Assembly: GCA_026936335.1 (NCBI GenBank)
Contig: JAPMXV010000024.1
Span: 1 to 64,000, forward strand
Length of the DNA: 64,000 bases
Direction: 5' to 3'
Source of the DNA: Mantamonas sphyraenae STR306
Lineage: Eukaryota > Protista > CRuMs
This document shows positions 1 to 11,976 of the stretch, one piece after another (position 1 is the first letter of the stretch; the number at the start of each line of letters is the position of its first letter). A model generated the notes under the pieces. It did no database searches. It was not told the DNA's origin and worked only from the letters and a program-made list of their open reading frames with translations. The position numbers and the translations under genes were made by a program.

Positions 1-3000
1 GGTCACGCTCGCACCAGGCACGTACACGCTCGACCACACCCTGCAATTGGCCAACCGCTCCCTCACCATCACCTGCCCGTCGGGTATGGCCACCATCCGG
101 CCCTCCACCCTCGCCTTTTCCCTCTACAACATCTCCCTCACCATGGTCAACATTGCCATTGAGGACAGCCCGGCAGGTGTTCTCGACGGCTCCTTCGCAC
201 GCCTCGACCTCCGAGGTTGCCGCTTTGCCAACAACAAAGCCCCTCGCGGTGCCGCCATCCGTCTCAGCGACCCTCCTTCCGTCTCCTTCTCCCAGTGCAC
301 ATTCGACAACAACCAGGCCACCCAGGATGCCGGTGGCGCCCTCAACTTGCAATTCACAGGCACGCTGACCTCGTTGCCCCTTGTTGCCATGGACGCGTGT
401 ACATTCACAACCAACAGCGCAACCACACAAGGCGGCGCCATCTCCATCGGCGGCACTGCGGCCGTCCGCATGGTCGACTCGACCTTTGTTCGCAACTCCG
501 TGGTGGGCAACACACCCACCACCGGCGGCGGCGCCCTCCATCTCAACCGCTTTGTCGGCTCGCCCGTCACCCTGCAACGCGTCAACTTTACCCAAAACTG
601 GGTGCGTGTGCAGCCCGTGGACGCCAACACCCTCAACATCTACGGCGGCGCCGTGTTTGACCAGGTGTTTGCCCTGCCGGAGGATACCCACAGCCCCTTT
701 GTTGCCACCGATTGCATCTTTCAGGAAAACAGCCTCGAGCTGGTCTTTAACCAGAATGTGGCCATGCTGCGCGGCGGCGCCGTCCTGCATCTCCAGCTCA
801 ATGGCAAGGCGGCCAAACTGGTGTACAGCTACACTCGGTGCACCTTTGAAGCAAACACCATCGACGCAGGCTCCCTCCCGGGCCTTGCCTTTGGCTCCGC
901 CGGTGCCTTGGGTCTGTACAGCTCCTCCGATTTGGTGGACAGCCTGCAGCTTGTCGTCGACGGCTGTCTGTTTCGCAGCAACCGCGTGGTCGTTTCCGGT
1001 GGCATGCGTTCCTTCTTCCAGCTCTCGTCTGGCTCCCACGGCGGCGCCATTGGCATCAATTTCGAGGGCAGCAACGAGCGCAACACACACCTGCACGTGC
1101 AAAACAGCCTGTTTGATCACAACCAGGTGTCCACGGGTGTGGGCGAGAAGCAATCCGTGTTTGGCGGCGCCCTGTACGTCAGCCACAGGTGTGCACTGAC
1201 CTACAACGCCACCCACCACGTGGTGGCGTCCAACTTTACAGCCAACACAGCCTACGCCGACCAGTATGCGACCGAGGCCGGCGCAGGCGCACTCATGATC
1301 AAGTATCTCACTGCGTTTGACTCGGGCATCCAAGTCAAGTACCAAGTGGTGGACTGTGCCACACTCATCGAATCCACCTCCTTCCTCACGAACCGTGTGC
1401 GTGTGCCCAACGTCCTCAACAGCGCCCTCCAAGGCTCGGGCGGCGCCATTGCCCACTGGATAGGCATGATCCAGGTCGCACGCAACGTGTCCGTCACACT
1501 GCGTGCATGCACCATCAAAGACAACATCGTCTCACTCGTGTCCCAAGACACCACCGAGGCCCACGGCGGCGCCGTCAGCATCGAAAGCAACGCCGCCTTT
1601 ACCACCTCCCACTCCGTCTCCATCCTCGACTCGTCCTTGTCCAACAACACCTGCGCCTCTCGTTCGTTGCAAAACGCAGCCATGGCCCGTGGAGGTGCCG
1701 TGAGCGTGCGTGTGCTGGCCAAAACCGCTGCGGACAGTCGCTTTACACTCCGCGGCACCCAGTTCCACCGCAACGAGCTGTACATCGAATCCACCTTTTC
1801 CTCCTTCCAAGAGTCTGTGTTCTGCAGCGACTCGGTGTGTTTGGAGCAGAGCGAGGTGCGCTCGCGCGCCACGGATGTGGTGGCCTACGGCGGTGCGCTG
1901 AGCTGGGCCATCCACGCCAGCATTGCCAGCAACACCGTCCTCAACATCCACGAAGCTTCGTTTGTGGACAACGTGCTGCTGGCCAAGGCGCTGACGTCGC
2001 AGCTGTACACCCCAGCCAAGGCATACGGAGGCGCGGTGTCCATCCAGGCCACCACGCAGGAGAACAGCACGCTGGAGGTGGACTTGGCACATGTGCTGCT
2101 GCACCACAACGTGGTGGATGCACAGGCGTTGAGCACGACGGCCAGCTACGGCGGTGGATTGTCGTTGGTCACCACCGTGGACGAGGTGCAGATGGACGTG
2201 GACAACGTGACGGCGTGCCACAACTGGGTCAACGCCACGCACAGTGCCACGAGCAGTGCGTACGGCGGCGGCGTGTATGTGTCGCACAACGCACGAGTGA
2301 ACAACCTGGCCGCCAGCGACCTGACCATTCTGGACAACTACGCAAGTGCCACCGCGTTTGGGTCGCCTGCAATCACCCTGGGCGCAGGCATGTACCTTGC
2401 CTCGCGTGGCGCAAGTCTGTCGCAACACACCTTTGCCGACTCGCTGGTGACGGGCAACGTGGCGGCGGGCAACAGCAGCAATTCGCGCGGCGGCGGCGTC
2501 TACGTGACACGCAGCGTGGAGAGCGACAGTCACACGGTGGACCTGTTTCGCAACACCACCGTGCGGAACAACCAGGCAGCAGGCGGCGCAGGCGTCTACC
2601 ACAACGCATACCGATCGTCCGGCACTCGCTTGCACATCCACAACTGCACCCTGGACGGCAACCAGGCCAACGGCGACACGGGCGGTGGCCTGCGCGTGCA
2701 ATCGGAATCCGCTGCCGTCGGTTCCGAAGTCCATCTGGAAGGCAGCACTCTGAGTCGCAACTCGGCGGCGTCCGGGGGAGGCGTGCGTCTGGTGGGAGCC
2801 AATCTCAACGCAGACGGCTGTGTGTTTACGGGCAACACGGCCGATGCCATTGCCAGCGCCATCATGAGCAGTGCAGGCAACGTAACACTGACGCAGGTGA
2901 CGCTGGATCGTGCCACGGGCTCGGATGCAGTGGTGTGGATGGAAGAGGACGCGTTGCTGAGCATGCGCAGCAGCCGCTTTGTGGGCGGCGCCACCACAGG

Positions 3001-4641
3001 CAGCGAGCTGGTGGTGACGATTGATTGCCCCACCCCGGTGCTGGATGACATGCAGTGGGATTGTGCGGTGGGTGCGCCGCTGCGCTTGGAAAACCCAAGT
3101 GGCGATCACATCTACACCTGTCACGCGTGTGCTCAGGATTACTACGCGCTGCTGGCCAACAGCACGGTGTGTCACCGATGCCCCACGAGCTCGGGTGTGG
3201 TCTGTCTGGGCGGCAACAAGGTCCAGGCGCGCGCAGGCTACCAAATCATGCTGGATGGCAGCGACAACAGCGTCGCCGCGCTCATGTGTCCGCAGGGCAT
3301 GTGTTGCGACGCCAACACCTGTCCCTGGTACGACTCGTGCTACGTGGGCCGCGATCCGGCGGTCCCGTTTTGTGGCGGATGCCTGCCCGGACGCACAGAG
3401 GCGTTTGGCACGTCTGCGTGCATGCTCAAGTCTCAGTGTGGCGACGCACTGTCCTGGTCCATGTTCATTGGCGTCATTGTCCTGGCTGCGTTGTACATTG
3501 CCCTGCAGCTTGTCAATCCGCGCAAGCATGGCTCAGGCACCTTCAAGTCGCTGCTGTACTTCTTCCAGACCTCGGACATGCTTGTGCTGGAGACGGGCAA
3601 GTGGTCGATTGTCCACGGCACCGTGGGCCGCGTGATCAACCTGCAAGCCGACGGACTCAGCGGCGCACGAGGTGCCTGCCTGTGGGACATGACCAGTGTG
3701 GAGAAGCTGGTGTGGAATGGCTACTTGGTTGTGGTTGTGCTGTTTGCCCTCCTGTGTGTGTGCTGGCTGGTGTGGTTGGCTGTGTCGCGCAGCGAACGCA
3801 TGCGCAGTGTGTTTCGCGTGGCCTTCTGGTCCGTCTCCCTCATGGCCTACTCGTCCATCACAAAGACCACCCTGCAGCTGCTCAACTGTCGTGAAACCGT
3901 GGGTGGCAAGAGTGTCGTCTACCACGCAGGAGCCCTGGAGTGCTGGAAGGGCGGCGACGGCTCCGGGTACCAATGGCTGGCGGTGGCCTGTTGCCCTTTG
4001 TGGTGGCCTTTCCCGTCTGGCTCTGGTGGGTCTCCTACTCCTCCAAGGAGTTGTACCTCACCGGCGTCTATCGCTCGCGCTACTGGTGGTGGGAATCCAC
4101 CCTCATGTTCCGCAGGCTGGTGATCATTCTGCTGCACACATTCGTGCGCGACTCGGCATGGCCCTGGCGCGCCGTCCTCGTGTTTTTCGCCTGCTCCTTT
4201 GTCGTCATGAGCCACCACCTCAGCATGCCCTTTCGCAAGTACAAAGACAACATGGTGGAAGCCTTTCTGCTCTGGGTGTTGCTGGGTCTGGCCGGTCTCA
4301 ACGTGCTCAGCTCCTCCTACGTGCTCCTGGGCCACTCCCTGGACCCGTCCCTCGGCGACGCCACCCACCTCAACGGCATCGAAGTGTTGGAAACCGTGCT
4401 CATGGTGGCTCCCGTGCTCCTGGGTCTGTGGGGCGTCATCAAGGTCATCTGGGACAGGCGCGCAGCATGGGCAGCCAAACGCGATGAATCGCTGTTTTTC
4501 GCCACGGGTGCCCTCGTCACAGACAACTCGGGCGTGGGCCACAGCTACAAGCGCCTCGTCAATGGACACATGGAAGATGTTGTCGACTGGGAGATGGACG
4601 AAGACGAGCAGAAGAGTCTGGAAGAGTCGCTGCGCACATAG
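1..4641 (+). CDS. Large surface/adhesin-like protein: polymorphic-membrane-protein (GGA[I/L/V], FxxN) beta-helix repeats, Cys-rich region, C-terminal multi-TM domain; 5'-partial, one frameshift near 3985
   Basis: Frame is open from the window start (VTLAPGTYTLD...). Many GGAI/GGAL/GGAV and FxxN motifs; CxxC-rich segment ~3110-3440; hydrophobic helices. The TM region continues in ORF 3940..4641 (GLLPFVVAFP...YRSRYWWWESTLMFRRL...PFRKYKDNMVE). Confidence 0.75.
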
Positions 4642-4815
4642 CCAAACACAATGAAGGAGGTTACGTTGGGATATGTGGAAGGTGGAATTGAAGGGGAGAG
4701 GGGGGGGGTGGGTGACCAGATGAGAGGAGATGATGAGGCACAATCGGAACCAACACAAACCCTTTCAGGACCCCCAAAAACACACACACACACACTCGCA
4801 TCGCACGTGGCCGCC

Positions 4816-5871
4816 ATGGACGACGTCATTGCAGTGTACAACAATATCCCGCCTGTGACGCGGACATACCTGACACTGAGTGTGCTGACCACACTGGCGG
4901 TGGCGACAGAAATGGTCACGCCGCTGAACCTGTACTACAGCGGCCGCCTGATCTACGAAGAGGGACAGGTAAGGAGGCAGAAAAGGAATGGGAGTGCATT
5001 CTCAGTGTGTCATACATGTGTGCACACAGGGTTTCGTGTGACCACGTGTGCTCAGCAGCGGCCAGGGTGGCGGCGGAATGACGTCAAACACCGGTTCCAG
5101 CTCTGGCCCTCGTTTCCACCCAGGCCCCCCCTCCAACTGACGTCCCAACCCCTAACAACCACAGTACTGGCGCCTGCTGACCACATTCTTGTACTTTGGC
5201 AACATTGGCCTGGACTTTTGCTTCCACATGTTCTTCCTGTAGGTTGTTGGAGAGAGAGAGAGAGAGAAGAGAGGCCACGCCGAGGCGTTTCCGGCCTTGC
5301 GCAGCTGACACCGAGGGAGGACGGATGGGACACGGGACACAGGGTGCGCTACTGTTCCATGTTGGAAGAGGGGGCCTTCCGCAACCGGACGGCCGACTTT
5401 GTGTTTATGGTGTTGTTTGGGGTGGTGTCGATGGTCGTCGCGGCGCCGTTTGTGAATATCCTGTTCCTGGGCAGCTCGTTGACGCTGATGATGGTGTATG
5501 TGTGGGGTCGCAAGTCGGACGGCATGCCACTCAACTTTTTGGGTGTGTTCAACTTTACGGCGGCGTACCTGGCGTACGTGCTGCTTGCCTTTTCCCTTCT
5601 GCTGGGCGGCAGCGTGGCCACAGACCTGCTGGGCATTGTGGTGGGCCACGTATACTTTGCCCTCACCGAAGTGTATCCTCTGGTGTCCAACAGGCACCCT
5701 CTGGCCACGCCACGCATCCTCAAGGAGCTCATCGACGGCCGACCCGAAGACAATGTGCCCGACTTTCGCGCCCAGCAGGCAAACCTGTTTGGCCAGGCTC
5801 AAGACAGGGCCCCGCCTGCACAGGACGACAGGGGCAACGACGACCCACAGCAGCATGCACATGCAGATTGA
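4816..5871 (+). CDS. DERL2: Derlin-2/3-like ERAD membrane protein, 3 exons (4816-4968, 5165-5238, 5343-5871)
   Basis: IPPVTRTY, Q|YWRLLTTFLYFG, FHMFFL|VRYCSMLEEGAFRNRTADF, FLGSSLTLMMVYVWGR, DLLGIVVGHVYF. Two GT-AG introns restore the frame. Confidence 0.92.
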   Translation: MDDVIAVYNNIPPVTRTYLTLSVLTTLAVATEMVTPLNLYYSGRLIYEEGQVRRQKRNGSAFSVCHTCVHTGFRVTTCAQQRPGWRRNDVKHRFQLWPSFPPRPPLQLTSQPLTTTVLAPADHILVLWQHWPGLLLPHVLPVGCWREREREERPRRGVSGLAQLTPREDGWDTGHRVRYCSMLEEGAFRNRTADFVFMVLFGVVSMVVAAPFVNILFLGSSLTLMMVYVWGRKSDGMPLNFLGVFNFTAAYLAYVLLAFSLLLGGSVATDLLGIVVGHVYFALTEVYPLVSNRHPLATPRILKELIDGRPEDNVPDFRAQQANLFGQAQDRAPPAQDDRGNDDPQQHAHAD

Positions 5872-5926
5872 ACAGAATCCCCATCCTTTTCATCATGATT
5901 CCTTCGTTCGTTCCTGTTCCCGGGGC

Positions 5927-6880
5927 TCAACCCAGCAGCAGATTGGACTGTTGGACAATCTTTGCAACGTGTGCCTCTTCGTCCAACTCGTGGACGAGCT
6001 CGTAGGCGGCGGTGTACTCTTGCAGGGCGAGGGCGTGGAACTCCATCTCGGCATGGATGTGTTGCAGCAGCACGAGACGTAGCTCCTTGGCACGAGTCTC
6101 AATCAATTGCTTGTACTCTGCCACCAGCTCTTCTGTGGTTGTGTGCACCAGCTCCTTTTCCTGGTCCAGCTTCTGTTCCGCCTCTTCCTTCTTCTTTGCC
6201 GCCTTTTCCGTCAGCGTCGGCTTGGACTTGAGTTTGTTCAGTGTGCTCTGGGCGCTGTCCTCCGCCTTGAGTGCGTTGTTGCGTGCGTTGAGTTTGTTCT
6301 GTGTGTGGACGTGCGTGAGTAGGGACCGAGTGTGGTGTGGTGTCAGATCACGGGCCCTACGGCCGGTTCGTTTGCCAGAAAATCCGTTTGCCAGCGCGCG
6401 CTCAGGCGGCGCGAGCTCTCCTCAAACTCTGCTGCCTTTGTGCCCTCACCTTGAGTTCCTTGTAGTGCTTGCTGTAGTCGTTGAGGACGGAGGAGACCTG
6501 TTTGTCGTTGCGCACAAAGAGTGCGTTGCGTGCTTCCTTGATGCTGTCCATGATGTCGGCCACTCCGTTCAGGGCATCCGCGTACTCCGCCGTCTCGCCC
6601 TCGGCCACTGTGCGCAGGCTTGCTGCCATCGACGCTTCCTTGACACCCAATTCTACATGTTCACAGGTGTGGTGATGAGGACGACAGGGATGACCGGTGG
6701 TTGGGTGTGTGTCAGCATGATGCGGATCGGCGTTGTGCCGGCTGGGAATCACGCGCGCTCACCGTTCGATTTCTTGTTGACGCTTTCCACGTCGCTGCGC
6801 AGCGCGCTGACGGGCTTTTCGCTGACGTCGATGTGGCCCTTGACCAGGTCTGAGATGTTGCTGTAGCCCGAGGAGGACAT
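5927..6880 (-). CDS. FAM92/CIBAR-like BAR-domain protein, 3 exons (6880-6763, 6652-6450, 6298-5927)
   Basis: Helical coiled-coil protein after splicing two GT-AG introns. C-terminal IHAEMEFHALALQEYTAAYELVHELDEE matches the FAM92 motif (EMxFHxKALExYTxAY) as I recall it. Confidence 0.72.
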
Positions 6881-6947
6881 GTGTGCCAGCAGATGAGGGA
6901 AAGGGTTGGATCTTTGGCGCAGCCGGGGCCACCCCAACACTTGCTCG

Positions 6948-7442
6948 ATGTCGCTTCGGTTCACTCGCACGCTGTGCAAAAGCAACGCCCGGGGCGTGAT
7001 GACGGGCAAGGACGGACCCAGGGACTTTTACAAGGGCAAAGGTGGCAACACACTGGGTGTACACACCAAGAAGGGTAGGTTGTGTGTGCTGTGCATGCGA
7101 GACACGGGCCGTGCGTGTCACAGCAGCATGCCATTGGTCCATACACACGCTCACACATGCGTCGATACACAGGCGGATTCAAGGTGATGCACGAGCGGAT
7201 CCCACAGATCATTATTCCCCAGATGAACGAGGAGGTAGGTTTGGCGGACGATTTCCGACGGCACAATGCCCTCCCGGGACCCACACACAGGCTCGGCAGA
7301 CGGGAGGGAAGGGTGTGGAAGGGTCGGAGAGGGTGTTTGGCAGTGGCTGACACGAGTGTGTGCGTCGCAGCTCAAGCCGTACGTGGCCCATGACACACCC
7401 AAGGTGACGGTGGCACCACCACAGGGTCCAGAGGACATCTGA
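6948..7442 (+). CDS. MRPL41: Mitochondrial ribosomal protein mL41 (MRPL41/yeast Mrpl27 family), 3 exons
   Basis: MTGKDGPRDFYKGKGGNTLGVHTKKG|GFKV...IPQIIIPQM|LKPYV; the FYKGxG...G.HTKKG and LKPYV motifs are typical of mL41. Confidence 0.88.
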
Positions 7443-7663
7443 GCGAAGGAGTGTGGAGGAGAAGAGGCAAATTGAACAAAGAAATACACCATTGTTACAT
7501 ATGCATCCAGGGCCGCATGTTGGGTCGATGTGAGGATGGGTTGATGCGCCTTTTCGGGACAAAGGGCGGTTGCCGAGCCAAACTTGGGAGATGCACAGTT
7601 CGACGGCGGCGAGGAGCAAGGGGAGGCTTGGGAAGGAAGGAGAGAGCGGGAGGCGAGTGAGCC

Positions 7664-9847
7664 ATGCGTATGGCGAGGACCATGGGGCAGTTTGGGCAGC
7701 GGGGCAAGGTGCATGGGACGTACGAGGGCCTGGTGGGAAACAAGGGCAACGGCCAACGCTCGCTGCGCACAATGTCGGACCTTGGACGGGTGCGCTCAAA
7801 CAGTTTGGACGACGAAACGATGGTGGAAGAACCCGTGGGTGGGTTTGCACGGCGTCGGTTCAGCGACACGCCGCAAATCATGGTGTCTGTGGAGGAGGAG
7901 GCATTGCAGGAGGATGTGGCGAGCTACTGGCAGGACCGAGTGCGTGCGTCGCGTGTGACACGGCGGCATTCGAATCACAGCATGCAGGAAGAGGAAGCAC
8001 GCATGCGAGGGGTGCTCAAGGCAGCCATGGCATTCCAGGACAACCCATCGCTGCTTGGGGCCGGGTGGCAAGCAGGTCAGGGCACACACGACCCGCAGCT
8101 GGCGCCGCTGCTGCAGGAGACTCGTCTGTTCCAGGCAGAGGTGCAGCAACGGAAGCAGGCAGAGGCAAAGATTGCAGAGAAAAAGCGCAAAAAGGCACAG
8201 CGGGGCAGCAGGAAGAAGAGTCAGGTGGGACCGGTGGCAAGCAGCAGCACGTCGGCCACAGCAACGTCGTCGTCGTCGTCGGCTGACACGCTGTCACCTG
8301 CGACGCCGACGAGGCGGAACATCATCGCGGGAGGGTCGTCGGGCCAGCAGGACACTGGGGTGGTGCGTGTACATAGTGAGCTGCCGGCACGGTCGGTGCG
8401 GTCGGCGTCGCTGTCCACAAGCAAGGGAAGCAAGGGCGGCGCAGGTGGCGATCGAAAGTCCATGGTTGGTTCATCGTCCGTGGAGGAAAGCAAGAGCAGG
8501 AGCAGGACGGATGAGGAGGACGTTGGCAATCTCGTGTCTGTGGTGCCACGCATGGAGCCTGTGCATCCCCATCCGCCCATTCCGGAAGGAGAGTTGCTCA
8601 TTATGGATTCGGGCCCGTTTGCAAAAGGAGCGCGGCCCCGGCCGTTGCATGCGCCGGCGGTGAGACGAGTGATTGCCCGTGCGGCGGCTGCCAGCGACGG
8701 CGAACGGGAGAGCAATGTGAGTGTGACGCATGGCACAACGACGTTTGATTGGCATCACATGGACTCGTCGCAACATCTGCATCGGATCCTTCAGCTAAAG
8801 GACATTGGGGACAGCGAGGCGAGTTTGCCCGTGGCCTTCTCCAGCAGGACGACGACGCCTCAGGAAGGGGTGGGAGTGCGCACGGGAGGGTGGCACCCGC
8901 CGGGCATGCCGCGTGTTGATTCGGTGCTCATCAATCCACGCAACTATTGGCGTGATGTGGAGCTGGAGCAGCGGTCGTGTGGACTTGCGGTGCGGTTTGC
9001 GTCGCATGTGCCGCGTGCAGACCTTGGGTGGCAAGCGTCTGCACGGGATTTCGACGACGAAGAAGAGGAGGAGGAGGCTGGGGAAGGGTTGGTGCTTGCA
9101 CCGGGGGGAGGGGAACCTGGCATGGAGACGTGGATGCAACTGGAGAGCACACAGGCGTCGCCCGAGCGCCTGTATCGCACGCAGCCGATTGAAGACATGG
9201 CACTGGCGCGGTATCAGCACTTTGTGTCGCTTGTCCTTGTGTTGCTGCTTGTGTACGGCGTGGTGCAACTCGCAGGACGGCCGCAGCTGGATGCGGGAAG
9301 GGCATGGGTGGCGACGGCGACGCTGATGTTGCATCTGGTGGCACACACCAGTGTGTCTGTGGTGATTGGACACACGCGGATGCGTGACAACACCGTGGGC
9401 ATCGTGACATTGATTGCGGCGCTGAGTGTGCTGGACAACGTGTTGGTGTTTGTGCGCGCGTGGCACGTGACGGCGACGGCGACAAGTCTGGACTCGGTGA
9501 CACTGCAGTGCATGTTGGTGTCGCTGATGATGGTGTTTGTGGCAGAGACGCCGATCACGTGGCAGCTGCTGCACGCGATGGTGCTCACCGTGTCCCTTCT
9601 CATCCACGGTCTGTTGTGGATGAGTGGGCCCGAGGCCCTCCTGATGGCCGTCCTGGTGCAAGTGCTCGTTGTCGTGCTGGGGTTCCGTGTCGAAGTCCTC
9701 CACCGCCACTGCTTTTGGTTCTTTGAGTACCTAAAGACAGAGGGGGAGCTGCTGGTGGCACGGAAGCAGCAGATGATGGGCTCCTCGACGCCGAGTCTCC
9801 AAGGAGGCGACAGTGTGCCCCACAGCAGACCATCAAGCGCGGTGTGA
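7664..9847 (+). CDS. Uncharacterised membrane protein: long low-complexity N-terminus, ~6 C-terminal TM helices
   Basis: 727-aa ORF with coding-like codon use; hydrophobic segments ~9220-9690. Start codon uncertain. Confidence 0.7.
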   Translation: MRMARTMGQFGQRGKVHGTYEGLVGNKGNGQRSLRTMSDLGRVRSNSLDDETMVEEPVGGFARRRFSDTPQIMVSVEEEALQEDVASYWQDRVRASRVTRRHSNHSMQEEEARMRGVLKAAMAFQDNPSLLGAGWQAGQGTHDPQLAPLLQETRLFQAEVQQRKQAEAKIAEKKRKKAQRGSRKKSQVGPVASSSTSATATSSSSSADTLSPATPTRRNIIAGGSSGQQDTGVVRVHSELPARSVRSASLSTSKGSKGGAGGDRKSMVGSSSVEESKSRSRTDEEDVGNLVSVVPRMEPVHPHPPIPEGELLIMDSGPFAKGARPRPLHAPAVRRVIARAAAASDGERESNVSVTHGTTTFDWHHMDSSQHLHRILQLKDIGDSEASLPVAFSSRTTTPQEGVGVRTGGWHPPGMPRVDSVLINPRNYWRDVELEQRSCGLAVRFASHVPRADLGWQASARDFDDEEEEEEAGEGLVLAPGGGEPGMETWMQLESTQASPERLYRTQPIEDMALARYQHFVSLVLVLLLVYGVVQLAGRPQLDAGRAWVATATLMLHLVAHTSVSVVIGHTRMRDNTVGIVTLIAALSVLDNVLVFVRAWHVTATATSLDSVTLQCMLVSLMMVFVAETPITWQLLHAMVLTVSLLIHGLLWMSGPEALLMAVLVQVLVVVLGFRVEVLHRHCFWFFEYLKTEGELLVARKQQMMGSSTPSLQGGDSVPHSRPSSAV

Positions 9848-9930
9848 TGTGAGTGAGAGAGTGTGAGAGAGAGAGAGCAAGGGGTCGATGGTCGAGGCAC
9901 CAAATCAAAAGCAAAAAGAGCTTTTTCAGG

Positions 9931-11445
9931 ATGTCCACGACCGAGAGCAAGGGAGCATTGACCATGGATCTGCTGGCGCAGTTTCAGGGCTCGTTCAACA
10001 AATCGAGCAAGAACCATCTGGCACAGAACGCGGTGACGCGCACAGACGTGCTGGAGGTGGCGATGAACCGCAGCGCGAGCGGGCAGACACACGTGTTCAG
10101 CGACACGGTGTCGACGCAGAACAAGGCCAGCAACCAGCGTTCTTCCGGACGCTGCTGGCTGTTTGCGGCGCTGAATGTGATCCGCAACCGCATGATGCAG
10201 GAACACAACCTGCCGAACGACTTTGAGGTGAGGGAGGCGCGCAAAGCGGGGAACGGCCGTTTTCCGGCTGGGCGGAAACCGTGTGTGAGGGAGGGAGACG
10301 ACGCAGCTGACACGGATGCGACGTGAATTCACACACATGGACAGTTGTCGCAAACGTACCTGTTCTTCTTTGACAAGCTGGAAAAGTCCAACTACTTCCT
10401 GGAGAACGTGCTTGTGACGCTGGACGAGCCGACGAGCGGACGGCTGATCAACTGGCTGATGCAGGCGCCTGTGAACGACGGTGGGCAGATGGACATGGTG
10501 TACAACCTGGTGGAAAAGTACGGCGTGGTGCCACAGGATGTGTTCCCTGAGGCGCAGCACAGCAAGAACTCGCGAAGGATGAACTGGCTGCTGACGTACA
10601 AGCTGCGTGAGTACGCGGCGACGCTGCGCAAGGAGTCGGGAGAAGGAGCGGACGAGAGCACGCTGCGCACACGCAAGGAAGGGATGCTGGAGGAGGTGTT
10701 TCGCATGCTGTGCATCTTTCTGGGCACGCCGCCGACGTCGTTCGACTGGACGTACTACGACAAGGACAAGAAGTTCCAGAAGCATAGCAGTCTGACGCCG
10801 CTGAGCTTTGTGAAGCAGTTTGTGCAGTTTGACGCGGAGAGCAACGTGACGCTGATCAACGCGCCGACAGAGGACAAGCCGCTGAACAGCGTGTTTACGG
10901 TGCGCTACCTGAACAACGTGCAGGGCGGACGTCCAGTGACGTACTTGAACATGGACATCGATGTTCTCAAGCAGGCGACCATCGCACAGCTGAAGGATAA
11001 CCGTCCCGTGTGGTTTGGGTGCGACGTGGGCAAGTTTTTCCACCGCAATCTGGGCATGATGTCGATGGACCTGTACGACTACAGCCTGGTGTTTGACGTG
11101 GAGCTGAAGATGGACAAGGGCACGCGGTTGGACTATGGAGAGTCGCTGATGACACACGCGATGGTGTTTACGGGAGTGGATCTGGACGAGGAGGGCAAAG
11201 CGACCAAGTGGCGGGTGGAGAACAGCTGGGGCGACGACAAGGGGGACAAGGGCTACCTGGTGATGCAGGACGAGTGGTTCTCGGAGTTTGTGTACGAGGT
11301 GGTGGTGGATCGTGCGCTGGTGGAGAACGCGGAGGAGCTGCTGCAACAGGAACCGATTGTGCTGGAGCCGTGGGATCCAATGGGCAGTCTGGCGTGCGTG
11401 GGTGGTGATGGGTGCCCTGGGTGCAGCGAGGGAAGCGATGAGTGA
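9931..11445 (+). CDS. BLMH: Bleomycin hydrolase / cysteine aminopeptidase (peptidase C1B), 2 exons (9931-10227, 10345-11445)
   Basis: NQRSSGRCWLFA (catalytic Cys), SLMTHAMVFTGV (His), WRVENSWG (Asn), WDPMGSLA; GT-AG intron 10228-10344. Confidence 0.95.
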
Positions 11446-11553
11446 TGAGAGTGATGGAATGGAGAGGGTTGGAGCTGGTCGCGAGAGTGGTTGGCGGGGG
11501 GTAGGGAGGGTGCCTCGTATTGGTCGAGATGGCCTGGAAGAGCAGATCGGAAA

Positions 11554-11664
11554 GCACGGATGGCCGAGTGGTCTAAGGCGCTGTGTTCAGGCGAAGTTTG
11601 AACAATCAAATCGGAGAGTCGCAGTCATCATTCGATGGCGTGGGTTCGAATCCCACTTCGTGCA
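11554..11664 (+). tRNA. tRNA-Leu(CAG) with 27-nt intron at canonical 37/38 (11592-11618)
   Basis: Acceptor stem GCACGGA/TTCGTGC, A-box TGGCCGAGTGG, anticodon stem CTGTG/CGCAG around TT-CAG-G, long variable arm, GGTTCGAATCC T-loop, downstream oligo-T terminator. Confidence 0.95.
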
Positions 11665-11976
11665 CTATCGATCTTTTTTTTTCGTTGTTGGTGTGTGATG
11701 GTTGGTGTTGGAGGGTTGTTGGTGTTGGTGATGATGATGTGGGAGGAGGGTGGTGGTGGTGTGGTGGTTGGAGGGAAAGGGGGAGGGGGGAATTCGAGGG
11801 TGGGCAGGGGTTGACGGGAGGGAAAAAGGTGAACTGGGTGCGGTGTGTGATGGGAGAAGGGTGGGAGGGGATGCTGAAAGGAGGAGGGGGGGATGGTAGT
11901 GGATGATGGGGGGATGGTGGGGAGTGAGGACATGGTTGGTGGGTGAATGCGCATGTGGGGGCAAGTGGAAGAGAGG

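Noticed and set aside
11597-11610. Intron hairpin TTTGA-ACAA-TCAAA equals the anticodon stem of the other tRNA-Leu
   Set aside because: The loop is only 4 nt and could not form an alternative anticodon arm; probably chance.
11680-11945. G/T-rich tract as telomeric repeat or ncRNA
   Set aside because: No fixed repeat unit; resembles other low-complexity strand-biased spacers in the window.
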